Below the pieces are notes generated by a model. The model searched no databases. It was not told where the DNA came from and worked only from the letters and a program-made list of their open reading frames with translations. A stretch of 64,000 bases of DNA, from positions 139,877 through 203,876 of the forward strand of contig NZ_CBDANE010000005.1 of assembly GCF_965197445.1 (NCBI RefSeq), read 5' to 3'. How positions within the stretch are numbered: the stretch's first letter is position 1; each line of letters opens with the position of its first letter. The stretch comes from Candidatus Palauibacter sp. Lineage in GTDB: Bacteria; Gemmatimonadota; Gemmatimonadetes; Palauibacterales; Palauibacteraceae. The translations under genes were made by a program, and so were the position numbers. Below are positions 9,382 through 18,751 of this stretch, piece after piece.

Positions 9382-10213
9382 AAGTGCCGGCGGTGAGCAG
9401 GTCGACGAGAGAATCGCGACTTGGCGTCAGGGCGACTGCGTCGTCGAGGACGACTGGTTTCTGTATCGGACAAGCGCGGAAAACCCGCTGACCGACGCCG
9501 GCAAAGCGGCGGTCGTTGAAGGAGCCGAGAACGCCGAGTCGTCCGTGCGCGGCTTCGCGGTCCTCACGCAGACCTGCGACCTGGTCCGAAGCTGCATTGA
9601 TCGCCCGTTCGCCGAGGTCAGCCCGCTGGTCGACGTGGATGATCGGGTGCTCCGCGAGATCGAGCGCGGGCGAAGGCCAAACTACGGCTTCATCCCGGGA
9701 GTGGCCGACCGCCGCCTCGTGGCAGAACTCGACCGAGTGATGACGGTCGAGAAGGCGGTCGTGGCAGGTTGGGAGCGGATCGAGGGATGCCGGACGGACG
9801 AGGAGATGCGTCGCTTCTCCCTCGCACTGGCCCGGAAGCGATCGAGGACGGCGTTCCCCGACGACTTTGTCGTGTTCGCCAGGCCGTTGATGGACCGGAT
9901 GTCGGAGAGACACGACAGGCAGAGCGATGAGGGGCGGGCCCTCCGCTCGCTCCGCGAAATCCGAGTTAGAGCGGCCCCATCGTGGGACGCCGATGCCGTG
10001 GAATTGATGTTCTGGTTCATCCGGAATGACGACGAGCCAGCATTCGAGACCGAAGACTGGGAGCACTGCCTGACAGCTCTGCCTCAGCCGCATTCGACAT
10101 CGGGGCGCTTCGTCCGTGTGGATGGCGTGGTCCTAACTCTGGATGACCTGACCGCCCGCGACTACGTCGAGAGCGACCCGCTCGATCTGGACCACCTGTC
10201 GACGCGGGGGTAG
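9368..10213 (+). CDS. Hypothetical protein with no recognisable domain. Its GTG start overlaps the stop of the upstream HTH gene.
   Basis: Intact ~280-aa ORF in a single frame, translationally coupled to the upstream gene. Acidic segments and a conserved-looking LTQTCDLVRSC motif are present. Confidence 0.45.
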   Translation: MGAVESAGGEQVDERIATWRQGDCVVEDDWFLYRTSAENPLTDAGKAAVVEGAENAESSVRGFAVLTQTCDLVRSCIDRPFAEVSPLVDVDDRVLREIERGRRPNYGFIPGVADRRLVAELDRVMTVEKAVVAGWERIEGCRTDEEMRRFSLALARKRSRTAFPDDFVVFARPLMDRMSERHDRQSDEGRALRSLREIRVRAAPSWDADAVELMFWFIRNDDEPAFETEDWEHCLTALPQPHSTSGRFVRVDGVVLTLDDLTARDYVESDPLDLDHLSTRG

Positions 10214-10371
10214 TAGGCACAGATCCCACTCCCCAACACCGCATCGGAACTCGCCGGCAGGTCAGATGAGGATGGACACGCCCCCCCGCTTGCCCCCCGA
10301 CTTGGCCCCAATAGGCTTCCCCTCGAGACCACACCTGCCCATCGCCACCTGAGCCGGACGTGATCGAAGCC

Positions 10372-10506
10372 ATGACGTCCCGCCCGTCTTCCGCCGCCCT
10401 CCTCCTGTGCAGCCTGCTGCTGACGGCCTGCGAGGTTCTACCGCCGGAACAGGCCGAGAACTTGGACGATGTCTTGCCGGATTCACGCCATCTCAAGCAC
10501 ACCTGA
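10372..10506 (+). CDS. Small putative lipoprotein (44 aa)
   Basis: MTSRPSSAALLLCSLLLTACEV is a signal peptide with a lipobox (LLTAC). It is below the ORF-track size cutoff. Confidence 0.3.
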   Translation: MTSRPSSAALLLCSLLLTACEVLPPEQAENLDDVLPDSRHLKHT

Positions 10507-10619
10507 TAGGCGTGAGGTCGGTGCTTCACCAACTCCACCCGGGCCCTCTCTCCCGCCGGCTCCGATCTCCGCCAACCGCATCGCCGCTCGAATGCTGGCA
10601 GGATTTGTCCGCGGGCTCC

Positions 10620-11697
10620 CTAGAAGCGCAGCAGTGCCGCCGCCCAATGGAACCCGGCGCCAAATGCGGTAAGCAGGACCAGGTCACCGGGCTTGATCCG
10701 CCCCTGATCCCGGGCCTCCCACAAGGCCAGGGGCACGGACGCCGAGCCTGTGTTGCCATACTTGTGGACGTTGACGAAGACCCGTTCATCGGGGAGGTTC
10801 AGCCGTTTCCTGACCGCATCCAGGATCCGCAGGTTGGCCTGATGCGGCACGACGAGCGCTACGTCGTCGATGGAGACACCGGCCTTCTCCAGCACCTGGT
10901 GGGACGCCGCACTCATGCGGCTGACGGCCTCGCGGAATACCTCCCGTCCCCGCATGACGACATGTTTGTGGAGCCCTTGCTCCACCCGCTCGACGGTGGT
11001 GGGCACGCGCGTGCCGCCCGCCTCCACCCCGAGAATGTGACTCTTGCTGCCGTCCGTTCCCGCCGTAGCGGCCACGATTTCGACCGCGCCCGGGTCCGGT
11101 CCGACGACCGCCGCGCCTGCCGCGTCGCCGAAGAGTACACAGGTGTTGCGATCCTCCCAGTCCATGAGCCGGGTGAGGAGCTCCACGCCGATCACGAGCA
11201 CCCGGCGGCCGTCCGCGAGGGCCCGAGAGCGGGCGATGTCCAGTGCCAGCACGAACCCCGCGCAGCCGCTGCCGCCCAGGTCGTAGCACGGGATGTGGCC
11301 GACGCCGAGACGAGTCTGGACGTACGCCGCCGTATCGGGGATGAAGACCTCGGGCGTGTCGGTCGCAAGGACGATCTCGTCGATATCCGCAGGCTCGAAG
11401 GCGCCGTCGGCCAGAGCTGCCCGGGCTGCGGCCAGCGCCAGATCGGCCGTACTCTCTTCATCCCCTGCAATTCGGCGCGTGTGTATGCCTGTGCGCGTCA
11501 CGATCCATTCGTCCGAGGTGTCGACGTACTCCGTCCATTCGTCGTTCGTCATGACGCGCTCGGGCAGGTAGACGCCGAGGCCCAACAGGCCGATGGGGTG
11601 CGGGCTTCTGGTGCCTGGCTGGTCCACTTCGTCCTCGCCCTGGTGAGTGACCGCGCGGGTGTGGGGGATGCCTTTCCGGTTCGGATTGTAAGGCATT
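10620..11697 (-). CDS. fabH: 3-oxoacyl-ACP synthase III (KAS III / FabH family)
   Basis: IGLLGLGVYLPERVMTNDEW is the FabH N-terminus. Active-site region CYDLGGSGCAGFVLAL. C-terminal VVPHQANLRILDAVRKRLNLP...NVHKYGNTGSASVPLAL carries His and Asn of the Cys-His-Asn triad. The true start is uncertain because of a 40-aa N-terminal extension. Confidence 0.85.
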
Positions 11698-11921
11698 TGG
11701 TGGCCGCTTACGCGGAACCTCGTCGGAGTCCGATGGCCTCGCATGCCTGATACCTGACGGGATGAACCGCACGAGGGGCACATGTTCGAACAGGCACATA
11801 GACTTGGAGGGTTTCGCCGCCAGCCGGATTCCTGACACCTTGAGATGGCGCATCGACTCACTTCCGTGATGCGCGGCAGGAGGCCCGGACTGGAGCGTGG
11901 AGACGGCACTGGTCGCCTTCT

Positions 11922-12101
11922 CTACACCACCGCATGCCGCGGCGTGACTTGCTCGGCGATCTCGCGACCCGCCTCGATCGCCGTCCGGCGAAGCTCCCAG
12001 GTCTTCTGAAGGTTCAACCACAGTTGCGGCGTCGTCCCGAAGTACCTGGCCAACCGCAACGCCGTATCAGCGCTCACGCCGCGCTGGCCGTTGAGGATCA
12101 T
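11922..12101 (-). pseudogene. higA-type antitoxin fragment (C-terminal half only)
   Basis: The reverse strand translates to MILNGQRGVSADTALRLARYFGTTPQLWLNLQKTWELRRTAIEAG. This matches the second half of the HigA HTH, as in the intact higA at 16550-16840. No N-terminal half and no higB are present. Confidence 0.6.
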
Positions 12102-12237
12102 GGTTACCCGGGTGCACCGGCCTCATGCCGTTCCTCGCGTTCATGTCACACGCCTCTCAATGATAATCCACGACCTCGACCTCGCATGGCCCGTCGTCAC
12201 TCCAACGGAAGCTAGTGCTCCGATGCGCCATCGGCGC

Positions 12238-13500
12238 TTACGATCGCAGCAGCCTCCGGAACCTGAACAATGCGAGCCACTGGCCGAAAGTGAGGCCGCT
12301 GGGTGGTCCGGAAGGATCGAACCTGAGATCTCGGCTCAGCGGGTAGACTTGTGTTCGCGTGAATTCGGATCGCAGACACCGCCTGATCGAGCGGCCGTCG
12401 CGGCCGAAGGAACTCTTGATGAAGCGCCGGTAGTCACGGCCTGTAATCGGTCCACAAGCGGTCTGGTTCGACGGGCGAGCCAGAGCGCGACGGCGACCGG
12501 TCGCACCCACGCCACCGCCAGGCGTCAAAGGCCAGCCCGATCGACCTCGCCGCGGGCTATCCCCAGCTGCTGTCAGACGCGTCGATGCCACCTGTGTCGC
12601 CTGTGCTTGGCGGCCTCGGCTCAATCCGGCACCGTGCCTCTGAGCCGTCAGAGCGCGCCAAGTCCACGAGATCTGACTCGCCCGTTCTGTCGGAACCGAC
12701 CGCATCTGGTCAGGCGGAAGGAGGTCCAGGAGTGATCGCGGCCACGCTCTCGATCGTCGTCTGGTTCGTTGCCGCATGGCTCGCCAGCAGGCGGAGGAGC
12801 CTCTCGGAGTTCGGGATCGAGCACGGCGGGGTCCCCCGCGCAGATGGGTGCTGATCCCAACCGCCCGGTGGATCCTCGACCCAGGGGGGACACTTGGTGG
12901 ACCGCGTTCGGCCGACTTGAACGAGTTCTTAGACGGGAGTTAGCCGCCTTGGAATCGGTCCACAAGCAGTCTGGTCGACGCCGGGAGGGGGATCGAAGTC
13001 GGTACGGCAAAAGCGCCGCACGATCTCGATCTGCCACCACGGCTTGAGCAGCAGCGAGGACAGGGTCTCCCGGGAACAGGGACTGCCGGCAAACCGTTCG
13101 GCCGCTTCACGCTGGATCACGAGCCAGGCGTCCTGCGGCGGAGAACCTGCCTGGACAAGCCGCCGGACGATGGCGGCAGTCCGATTGAACGGAATGTTCC
13201 CCAGGACCTTGTAGGGGACATCGGGCAGCCGAAAACGCAGGAAGTCGGACCTGACGATCGTGACACGGTCGTCACTCGGGAAGCGCGTGCGAAGCGCCTC
13301 GGACAGCGCGCCGTCGAACTCTACCGCGACGACCTCACGGCATCGACGTGCCAGTTCTCGAGTGAGAATGCCACGGCCCGGCCCGATCTCGACGACCAGA
13401 TCGCTTCGTTTGACGGGAGCCTGAGCGATCAGGCCAGCCGCAAGCGAACCCTCGGCTGGATGAAACCATGTGAAGTCTTCGCCAGGACTAAGGAGGTGAA
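12238..13500 (-). pseudogene. Erm-like 23S rRNA (adenine-N6)-methyltransferase, copy 1. It is disrupted by a ~475-bp insertion and by replacement of its N-terminus.
   Basis: The C-terminal ~85 aa (12238-12500) and the central SAM/catalytic region (12976-13470: VVEIGPGRGILTRELARR, LGNIPFNRTAAIVRRL) are near-identical to the intact copy at 17353-18144. They are separated by inserted DNA at 12500-12975 and lie in different frames. Upstream of codon ~35 the sequence diverges from the intact copy and runs into IS-end repeats. Confidence 0.75.
12500..12975. mobile_element. ~475-bp insertion inside erm copy 1, flanked by a 22-bp direct repeat (AATCGGTCCACAAGCRGTCTGGT)
   Basis: Alignment of copy 1 against copy 2 (17540-17600) shows contiguous sequence in copy 2 where copy 1 carries 475 extra bp. 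The repeat occurs at 12459-12480 and 12949-12970. The insert contains a GGAAGGAGG RBS and a 44-codon TM-peptide ORF. Confidence 0.55.
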
Positions 13501-13559
13501 GACCGCAGCCTGACGCGCTGACCTCGGCGAGGCCGGGTGTCAGGTGATTACCGTTCTTG

Positions 13560-13660
13560 TACGCCCCGGCTTCGCCCGGAACCGGTGGACGACTCCGCCC
13601 GGAACCGGTGGACGCCTTGGCTCGGAATCGATGGACGACTTCGTCGGAATAGGCATATAC
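13560..13660. repeat. IS-end-like repeat cluster: an internal 23-bp tandem duplication plus a copy of the 880-940 element
   Basis: cggaaccggtggacgactccgcc|cggaaccggtggacgccttggctcggaatcgatggacgacttcgtcggaataggca. The minus-strand reading DEVVHRFR matches the C-terminal residues of the transposase fragment at 506-560. Confidence 0.55.
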
Positions 13661-13929
13661 GCCTTTAATTCCATGTCCCATCTACATGCAATAAGACCCC
13701 TGGCAACACCATGTGCTGACTCTTCACGGAGTTGCATCGAGAACATCATCTATCCCCCTCCAACGAATTCACAGGTGGCGTTGTCCAATATCCCAGGTTC
13801 TGCTGAACATCCAGACCGTCTACGTACACACTTGCTGTATTGCAGATCGGTGCCTCATGGCCATTCGGGTAAACACGGACAGAATCCCCGTTGGTCCACG
13901 CCTTGATCTCCGATGGCGCATGCTCACCC

Positions 13930-15145
13930 AACTTCACGTCCAGCACAGCGATTGCGGATGACTCGAAGTCCTCGCGAGGTGGACCTGCTGGGGCGTGAGC
14001 AGGCCGATGCCGCCGTGCCGGTGTTCGGTGTTGTAACTGGAAGAACTCCCGGCAGAAGTCCTTCGCCTCCTCGATGCAACCGAACCGGCCGCCGGGTGGT
14101 ACTTGACGGTCTTGAAGTGGCCTCCGAGTAGGGGTTGTCGTTCGACTGCGTGTCGGCCAGGAGCTGCGCCGTGCACTTGGCCGTCATCCCCTGTCCGAGT
14201 GCAGCGTGAGCACCCGGGGATTGAGACACGTCTCGCCAACCAGGTGTCCGGAGGCCGGCGGTCTCGCGCTCCGCCACCAGCCATCCGGTGGCGTAGCGGC
14301 TGAAGATGTCCGAATGACGTAGAGATAGAAGTACCGCCACTTCTCCGGCCCGAGGAGCCGCGTGTCCCAGGGACCACACTCGTCGATCTCGGGCTTCGGG
14401 TGGTTCGGGTGGCTGCGCTGGGCCCGGCGCTCCCGGACCGCCCGGTTCTCGGCCAGGACGCGGTACATCGTCCGCTCCGAACACAGATGGACGCCCTCGT
14501 CCAGCAGCGTCGCGTACACTTCCGGGAGCGCGGTCCGCGAAGCGCGGCGAGCACAGCACGCCGAAGACCTCCGTGCGCTCCGCTTCGCCCAGGGCCCGGG
14601 CGGGAGACGGTAGAACGTGGCGCGCGCGACCCCGAGGGTCGCACGCCGCGCGTACGTGCCCGGCCAGATCCCCGGCCGCGCAAGAGCGCTTCCCGTCCCC
14701 GGGGCTCACGCCCAGCAGCCCCGCAACTTTTCCCTGGACATCGATGATGATGCGCGCCTTGCGGAGTCGCGCATCTCCTGCCTCGGGCCGCGCTTCTTCG
14801 CCAGCCCCCTGAGCGACCCCTCCCGCGCCGCCTTCCGCCACGACGACAGGTGCGAACTGTACAGCCCCTCGCGCCGAAGCAACTCTCCGATCTCGCCCGG
14901 CGTCGGCAGGCGTCCGCCTGCTCCACGATCGAAAGCTTGTATGCCGCCGTGAAACGCCGCCGCGTCGCCTTCGCCGACACCTCCGGATCCGGCCCCGCTG
15001 CCGCGCTTCGCTTGCCCTCCCCCGAAGGGAGGGGCGTTCCGTTCAACTTCATTCCTTTTCCTCGTTCCATCCTTCATCTCCCTGCCTCGCCCTACTCTAA
15101 TCTCTTTCTCCCTTCGTGTCTCGCGCGTTGGCAGAGAGGGCATCG
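13930..15145 (-). mobile_element. Degenerate IS3-family insertion sequence, with orfA and orfB carrying multiple frameshifts
   Basis: orfA-like frame: RRRFTAAYKLSIVEQADA...GEIGELLRREGLYSSHLSSWRKAAREGSL. orfB-like frames: MYATLLDEGVHLCSERTMYRVLAENRAVRERR, YFYLYVI...IFSRYATGWLVAERETA, LTLHSDRG, YNTEHRHGGIGLLTPQQVHLA. The pieces are spread over at least three frames. Confidence 0.75.
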
Positions 15146-15838
15146 ATGTGAATCGTCACTCCGGGCAGTCAGATTGGAGCCGATGAGCTTCTGGTTCGGC
15201 GGCGTCAGTACCTCGCCAACGTAGACTGTCGAGTCCATCTCGACATCCGTCACCCAGAGCCCAATCCATCGCGAACGCTCCGGCGAGACACTCGGTCCCG
15301 TAGCAATCCTGAATCGGTATTCCTTCCCTACCTCCCACTCGTAACTGTGCTGAATCTGACCGCAAGAATGACACCCGAAATACGAGTGTCTCGTATCCCT
15401 GTTGATCCTGCCGTTTCTCGTTCGCCAGTCCTGTGCATGCTGAATCACTAGATGGATCCCCCGTCCCAGACCCCGATGACCTCCAATCGTCCCATCAGTC
15501 TGAAACCCGGCAAATCCAGGCAACCTCCGAGGTCCCACAGCGAACTGCATCGAGTAGTCGTGGCGCTGACGCTTCTCATGCAGACTCGCTGGCGGAGCTA
15601 CCACAGGTCGAAACGTCCACTCCAGGTTCTCGTGATACCCGCCGCGAAAGGCATAAGTCGTGTACACGTTCGACGGACCTCCCGTCGTCGCAGGTGGTCC
15701 TAGAGGCGGTGGTGGAGGCGGAGGCGGAATAATCGGAGGTAGTGGTGGTGGCGGAGGTGGCAACGGCCCCTCCGAAACCACCATCTCATCTCCACATGCT
15801 CCCATGAAAGCCAGCAGTGGTATTAGCAGCTTCCTCAT
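15092..15838 (-). CDS. Putative lipoprotein with a proline-rich linker; hypothetical
   Basis: MRKLLIPLLAFMGAC (signal peptide plus lipobox), then PPPPPPLPPIIPPPPPPPP, then a ~180-aa domain. The C-terminus abuts or overlaps the IS3 element and may be truncated by it. Confidence 0.5.
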   Translation of the reverse strand: MRKLLIPLLAFMGACGDEMVVSEGPLPPPPPPLPPIIPPPPPPPPLGPPATTGGPSNVYTTYAFRGGYHENLEWTFRPVVAPPASLHEKRQRHDYSMQFAVGPRRLPGFAGFQTDGTIGGHRGLGRGIHLVIQHAQDWRTRNGRINRDTRHSYFGCHSCGQIQHSYEWEVGKEYRFRIATGPSVSPERSRWIGLWVTDVEMDSTVYVGEVLTPPNQKLIGSNLTARSDDSHRCPLCQRARHEGRKRLE

Positions 15839-16297
15839 ATCTCCATACCGCCTAACTAACTGTCCGTATCGTGATCTCCGAGACTTGGACGCCCGGCCTC
15901 CGGGCTCTTGCCCAAGAACTGCTCCAGATCCCGGATTCGGAGTTCGGACCTCGCTCACCCTCCTCTGCTCGGCGAGAATCTACGGGGTCCGCTCCACGAA
16001 ACGCCGCGCCAGAGCCCCATCGAGTTCGGGTGTACCCCGTCACCTTGATCATGTGCCCGGGCGTCTCTCACGCGAGAGGACAGATTCAGGTCTCGAGTCT
16101 GCTGAGTGCGGCGAGTTCGGGTGGCAGGCTTCCGCACAATTCATTCCCCGCCAGCAAGAGGCGTCACTCCCAACGGGGCCCACCTACTATGGGAATAGTA
16201 AATGCGAGTACGCAAGACTCATTGACGCGCTCGCCAAGGGAGTTCAGAGTCTGCTTAGAACGATGCCCTCGTGGTGATACGTTACACTTCCCACGCA

Positions 16298-16549
16298 ATG
16301 ATTCTTGGCTTTCGCCACCGAGGCCTCGAGCGTTTGTTCGAGAAGGGAGACCGGAGCCGGATTCCCCCGGACTTGATCGCCAAGGTCGAGGACATGAACC
16401 TGCCGGGTCTTCGGCTCCACCCGCTGAAAGGCGACCGCGCAGGATATTGGGCCGTGAAGGTCTCCGCCAACTGGCGCGTGGTCTTCCGCTTCGACGGGCG
16501 CGATGTCAGGGACGTGGACTTGACCGACTACCATTGGGAAACCCGCGAC
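16298..16549 (+). CDS. higB: HigB toxin (RelE/ParE superfamily). There is no stop codon before higA.
   Basis: [79 protein letters not shown] is a canonical HigB. Translation continues in frame through W (TGG at 16535) into higA. Confidence 0.75.
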
Positions 16550-16840
16550 ATGCCGATGAAGAACCCGCCGCATCCGGGCCTGTCCGTGCGCCATGATTGT
16601 CTGGAGCCCTTGGGGCTCACCGTGACGGAGGCGGCGCGGAGGCTGGGTGTCAGCCGAAAGCAGCTTTCCGAACTCGTCAACGGCCGTTCGGGCATCTCTC
16701 CCGAAATGGCGATCCGCCTGGACAAGGCGTTTGGAGGCGGGGCTGCAACCTGGTATCGCCTTCAGTCGGCCTACGACCTTGCGCAGGCCATGAAGAATGC
16801 CGGCCGGATCGACGTGGAGCGAATACCGACTCCCGTTTGA
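16550..16840 (+). CDS. higA: HigA antitoxin (XRE-type HTH)
   Basis: [77 protein letters not shown]. Confidence 0.8.
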   Translation: MPMKNPPHPGLSVRHDCLEPLGLTVTEAARRLGVSRKQLSELVNGRSGISPEMAIRLDKAFGGGAATWYRLQSAYDLAQAMKNAGRIDVERIPTPV

Positions 16841-16979
16841 TGCTCGATTCGGACGTTACGGCAACAGGACCAAAGCACCAGACGACACAAGCGGGCCGTC
16901 CTCCGTCTGGCGGAGACGGCTTCTCTCCGCGAAACTCCCGATGCAGCAGATCGTGCAGTCCATCATCGAGAGGACGTAG

Positions 16980-17342
16980 CGTGCAAAACGTTCAGGGATT
17001 CGGCGGGTTCTTCTTTCGGGCAAAGGACCCGAAAGGACTTGCGAAATGGTATCAGGATCACCTTGGCATCAATCCTGCTCCGACGAACATGGAGATGGCG
17101 CCTGGGTGACCGAGTCCGGGGTCACGGTTTTCTCACCCTTCGCTGCTGACACGGACTATTTCGCAGCGGACAAGACTTTCATGCTGAACTTCCGCGTGGC
17201 CGACCTGGACGCGATGATCACACAACTGAAGTCCGCGGATATCGAGGTCAGCCACGAAAGCGAGATGGAGGGTATCGGTCGCTTCGCCCGCATCCACGAC
17301 CCCGAAGGAAACGCGATCGAGCTTTGGGAACCCGCGTCGTGA
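16980..17342 (+). pseudogene. VOC/glyoxalase family gene with a frameshift near 17105
   Basis: Frame 1 gives VQNVQGFGGFFFRAKDPKGLAKWYQDHLGI and then a stop. Frame 2 continues with FMLNFRVADLDAMITQLKSADIEV...GIGRFARIHDPEGNAIELWEP, a typical VOC C-terminal half. This could be a real frameshift or a sequencing error. Confidence 0.55.
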
Positions 17343-17352
17343 GATTCGGAGC

Positions 17353-18144
17353 TTACGATCGCGTCAGCCTCCGGAACCTGAACAATCCGAGCCACTGGTC
17401 GAAGGTGAGGCCGCGGAGTGGTCCGGAAGGATCGAACCTGAGATCTCGACTCAGCCGGTAGATTTGCGTTCGCGTGAATTCGGATCGCAGACACCACCTG
17501 ATCGAGCGGCCGTCGCGACCGAAGCAACTCTGGATGAAGCGCCGGTAGTCCACGGCCTGGAATCGGTCCACAAGCGGTCTGGTTCGACGGGCGAGCCAGA
17601 GCGCGACGGCGTCGACGCTGGGAGGGGGATCGAAGTCGGTACGGCGAAAGCGCCGCACGATCTCGATCTGCCACCACGGCTTGAGCAGCAGCGAGGACAG
17701 GGTCTCCCGGGAACAGGGACCGCCGGCAAACCGTTCGGCCGCTTCACGCTGGATCACAAGCCAGGCGTCCTGCGGCGGAGAATCGGCCTCGACAAGCCGC
17801 CGGACGATGGCGGCGGTCCGGTTGAACGGAATGTTCCCCAGGACCTTGTAGGGGACATCGGGCAGCCGAAAACGCAGGAAGTCGGACCTGACGATCGTGA
17901 CACGGTTGTCACTCAGGAAGCGCGTGCGGAGCGCCTCGGACAGCGCTCCGTCGAACTCTACCGCGACGACCTCACGGCATCGACGTGCCAGTTCTCGAGT
18001 GAGAATGCCACGGCCCGGCCCGATCTCGACGACCAGATCGCTTCGTTTGACGGGAGCCTGAGCGATCAGGCTAGCCGCAAGCGACCTGCTCCGGAGGAAG
18101 TGCTGCGAGAGGTCCGCACGCCTGGGTGTCCGATGCCTGGACAC
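17353..18144 (-). CDS. Erm-like 23S rRNA (adenine-N6)-dimethyltransferase, RsmA/Erm family (intact copy)
   Basis: N-terminal LSQHFL (the Erm/KsgA QNFL-type motif). SAM-binding motif VVEIGPGRGILTRELARR. Catalytic motif LGNIPFNRTAAIV (NxPY/F). Erm-like C-terminal domain. 263 aa with a GTG start. Confidence 0.8.
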   Translation of the reverse strand: MSRHRTPRRADLSQHFLRSRSLAASLIAQAPVKRSDLVVEIGPGRGILTRELARRCREVVAVEFDGALSEALRTRFLSDNRVTIVRSDFLRFRLPDVPYKVLGNIPFNRTAAIVRRLVEADSPPQDAWLVIQREAAERFAGGPCSRETLSSLLLKPWWQIEIVRRFRRTDFDPPPSVDAVALWLARRTRPLVDRFQAVDYRRFIQSCFGRDGRSIRWCLRSEFTRTQIYRLSRDLRFDPSGPLRGLTFDQWLGLFRFRRLTRS

Positions 18145-18751
18145 GACGAACCATCACGAACGTAGACATGGAGTCTCCTGCGCTGGACGAGCGAGATCGA
18201 AAGCCTTCGCATTACTACGTAGGCATCAGGCGTCTCACCCGCAACCGACTCCGGCGCGACTGATCAGCGTCCTCGCAGCCGAGTGGCGCGGCGAAGGTTC
18301 CCCGCTTACTGATTGGACCGAAACTCATGGGATTTATGCGGAGGGAGGGACATGCATCCTGACGCCCTCGATTCCCGGCTCGGGGCTGTTTGCGTGAACT
18401 TACAGCCCGTCGTTCGCCTCGTGCCCGGCGAGCCCCTTTGCGACGTCCTTGAGCGCATCGAGCGCCAAGACCCGGGCGCCGCGGCTGCGTGGCGCCGCAA
18501 GTACGGGAAGCCGGTCTCCTGGCTCCCCGAACGCGACGCCGGCGCCGTGAGTATCGAAATCGCCAGGGCCGTGAACGCCCGCGCCGACGCGCTCGCCCCT
18601 AGGCGGTAGCCGATCTGCGGGCACGAGAGTTGGAAAGCCGTCGTGAAACCACTCCAAGAAGTCTTCCGTTTGTAGTCTGACTCGCCCACCCTGTCGGAAC
18701 CGACTGCGCAGGTGAGGTGGTCAGGACACTCGCGGAAGGAGGTCAAGGAGT

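Noticed and set aside
13934-15070. 378-aa ORF read as a single protein
   Set aside because: Only its first ~60 and last ~30 residues match IS3 orfA/orfB. The middle is wrong-frame Arg-rich sequence, so it was annotated as part of a frameshifted IS rather than as a CDS.
18313-18609. 98-aa ORF upstream of the intact erm gene, considered as a possible erm leader/attenuator peptide
   Set aside because: It is on the opposite strand to erm. There is no RBS, no recognisable motifs, and no stall-type leader features.
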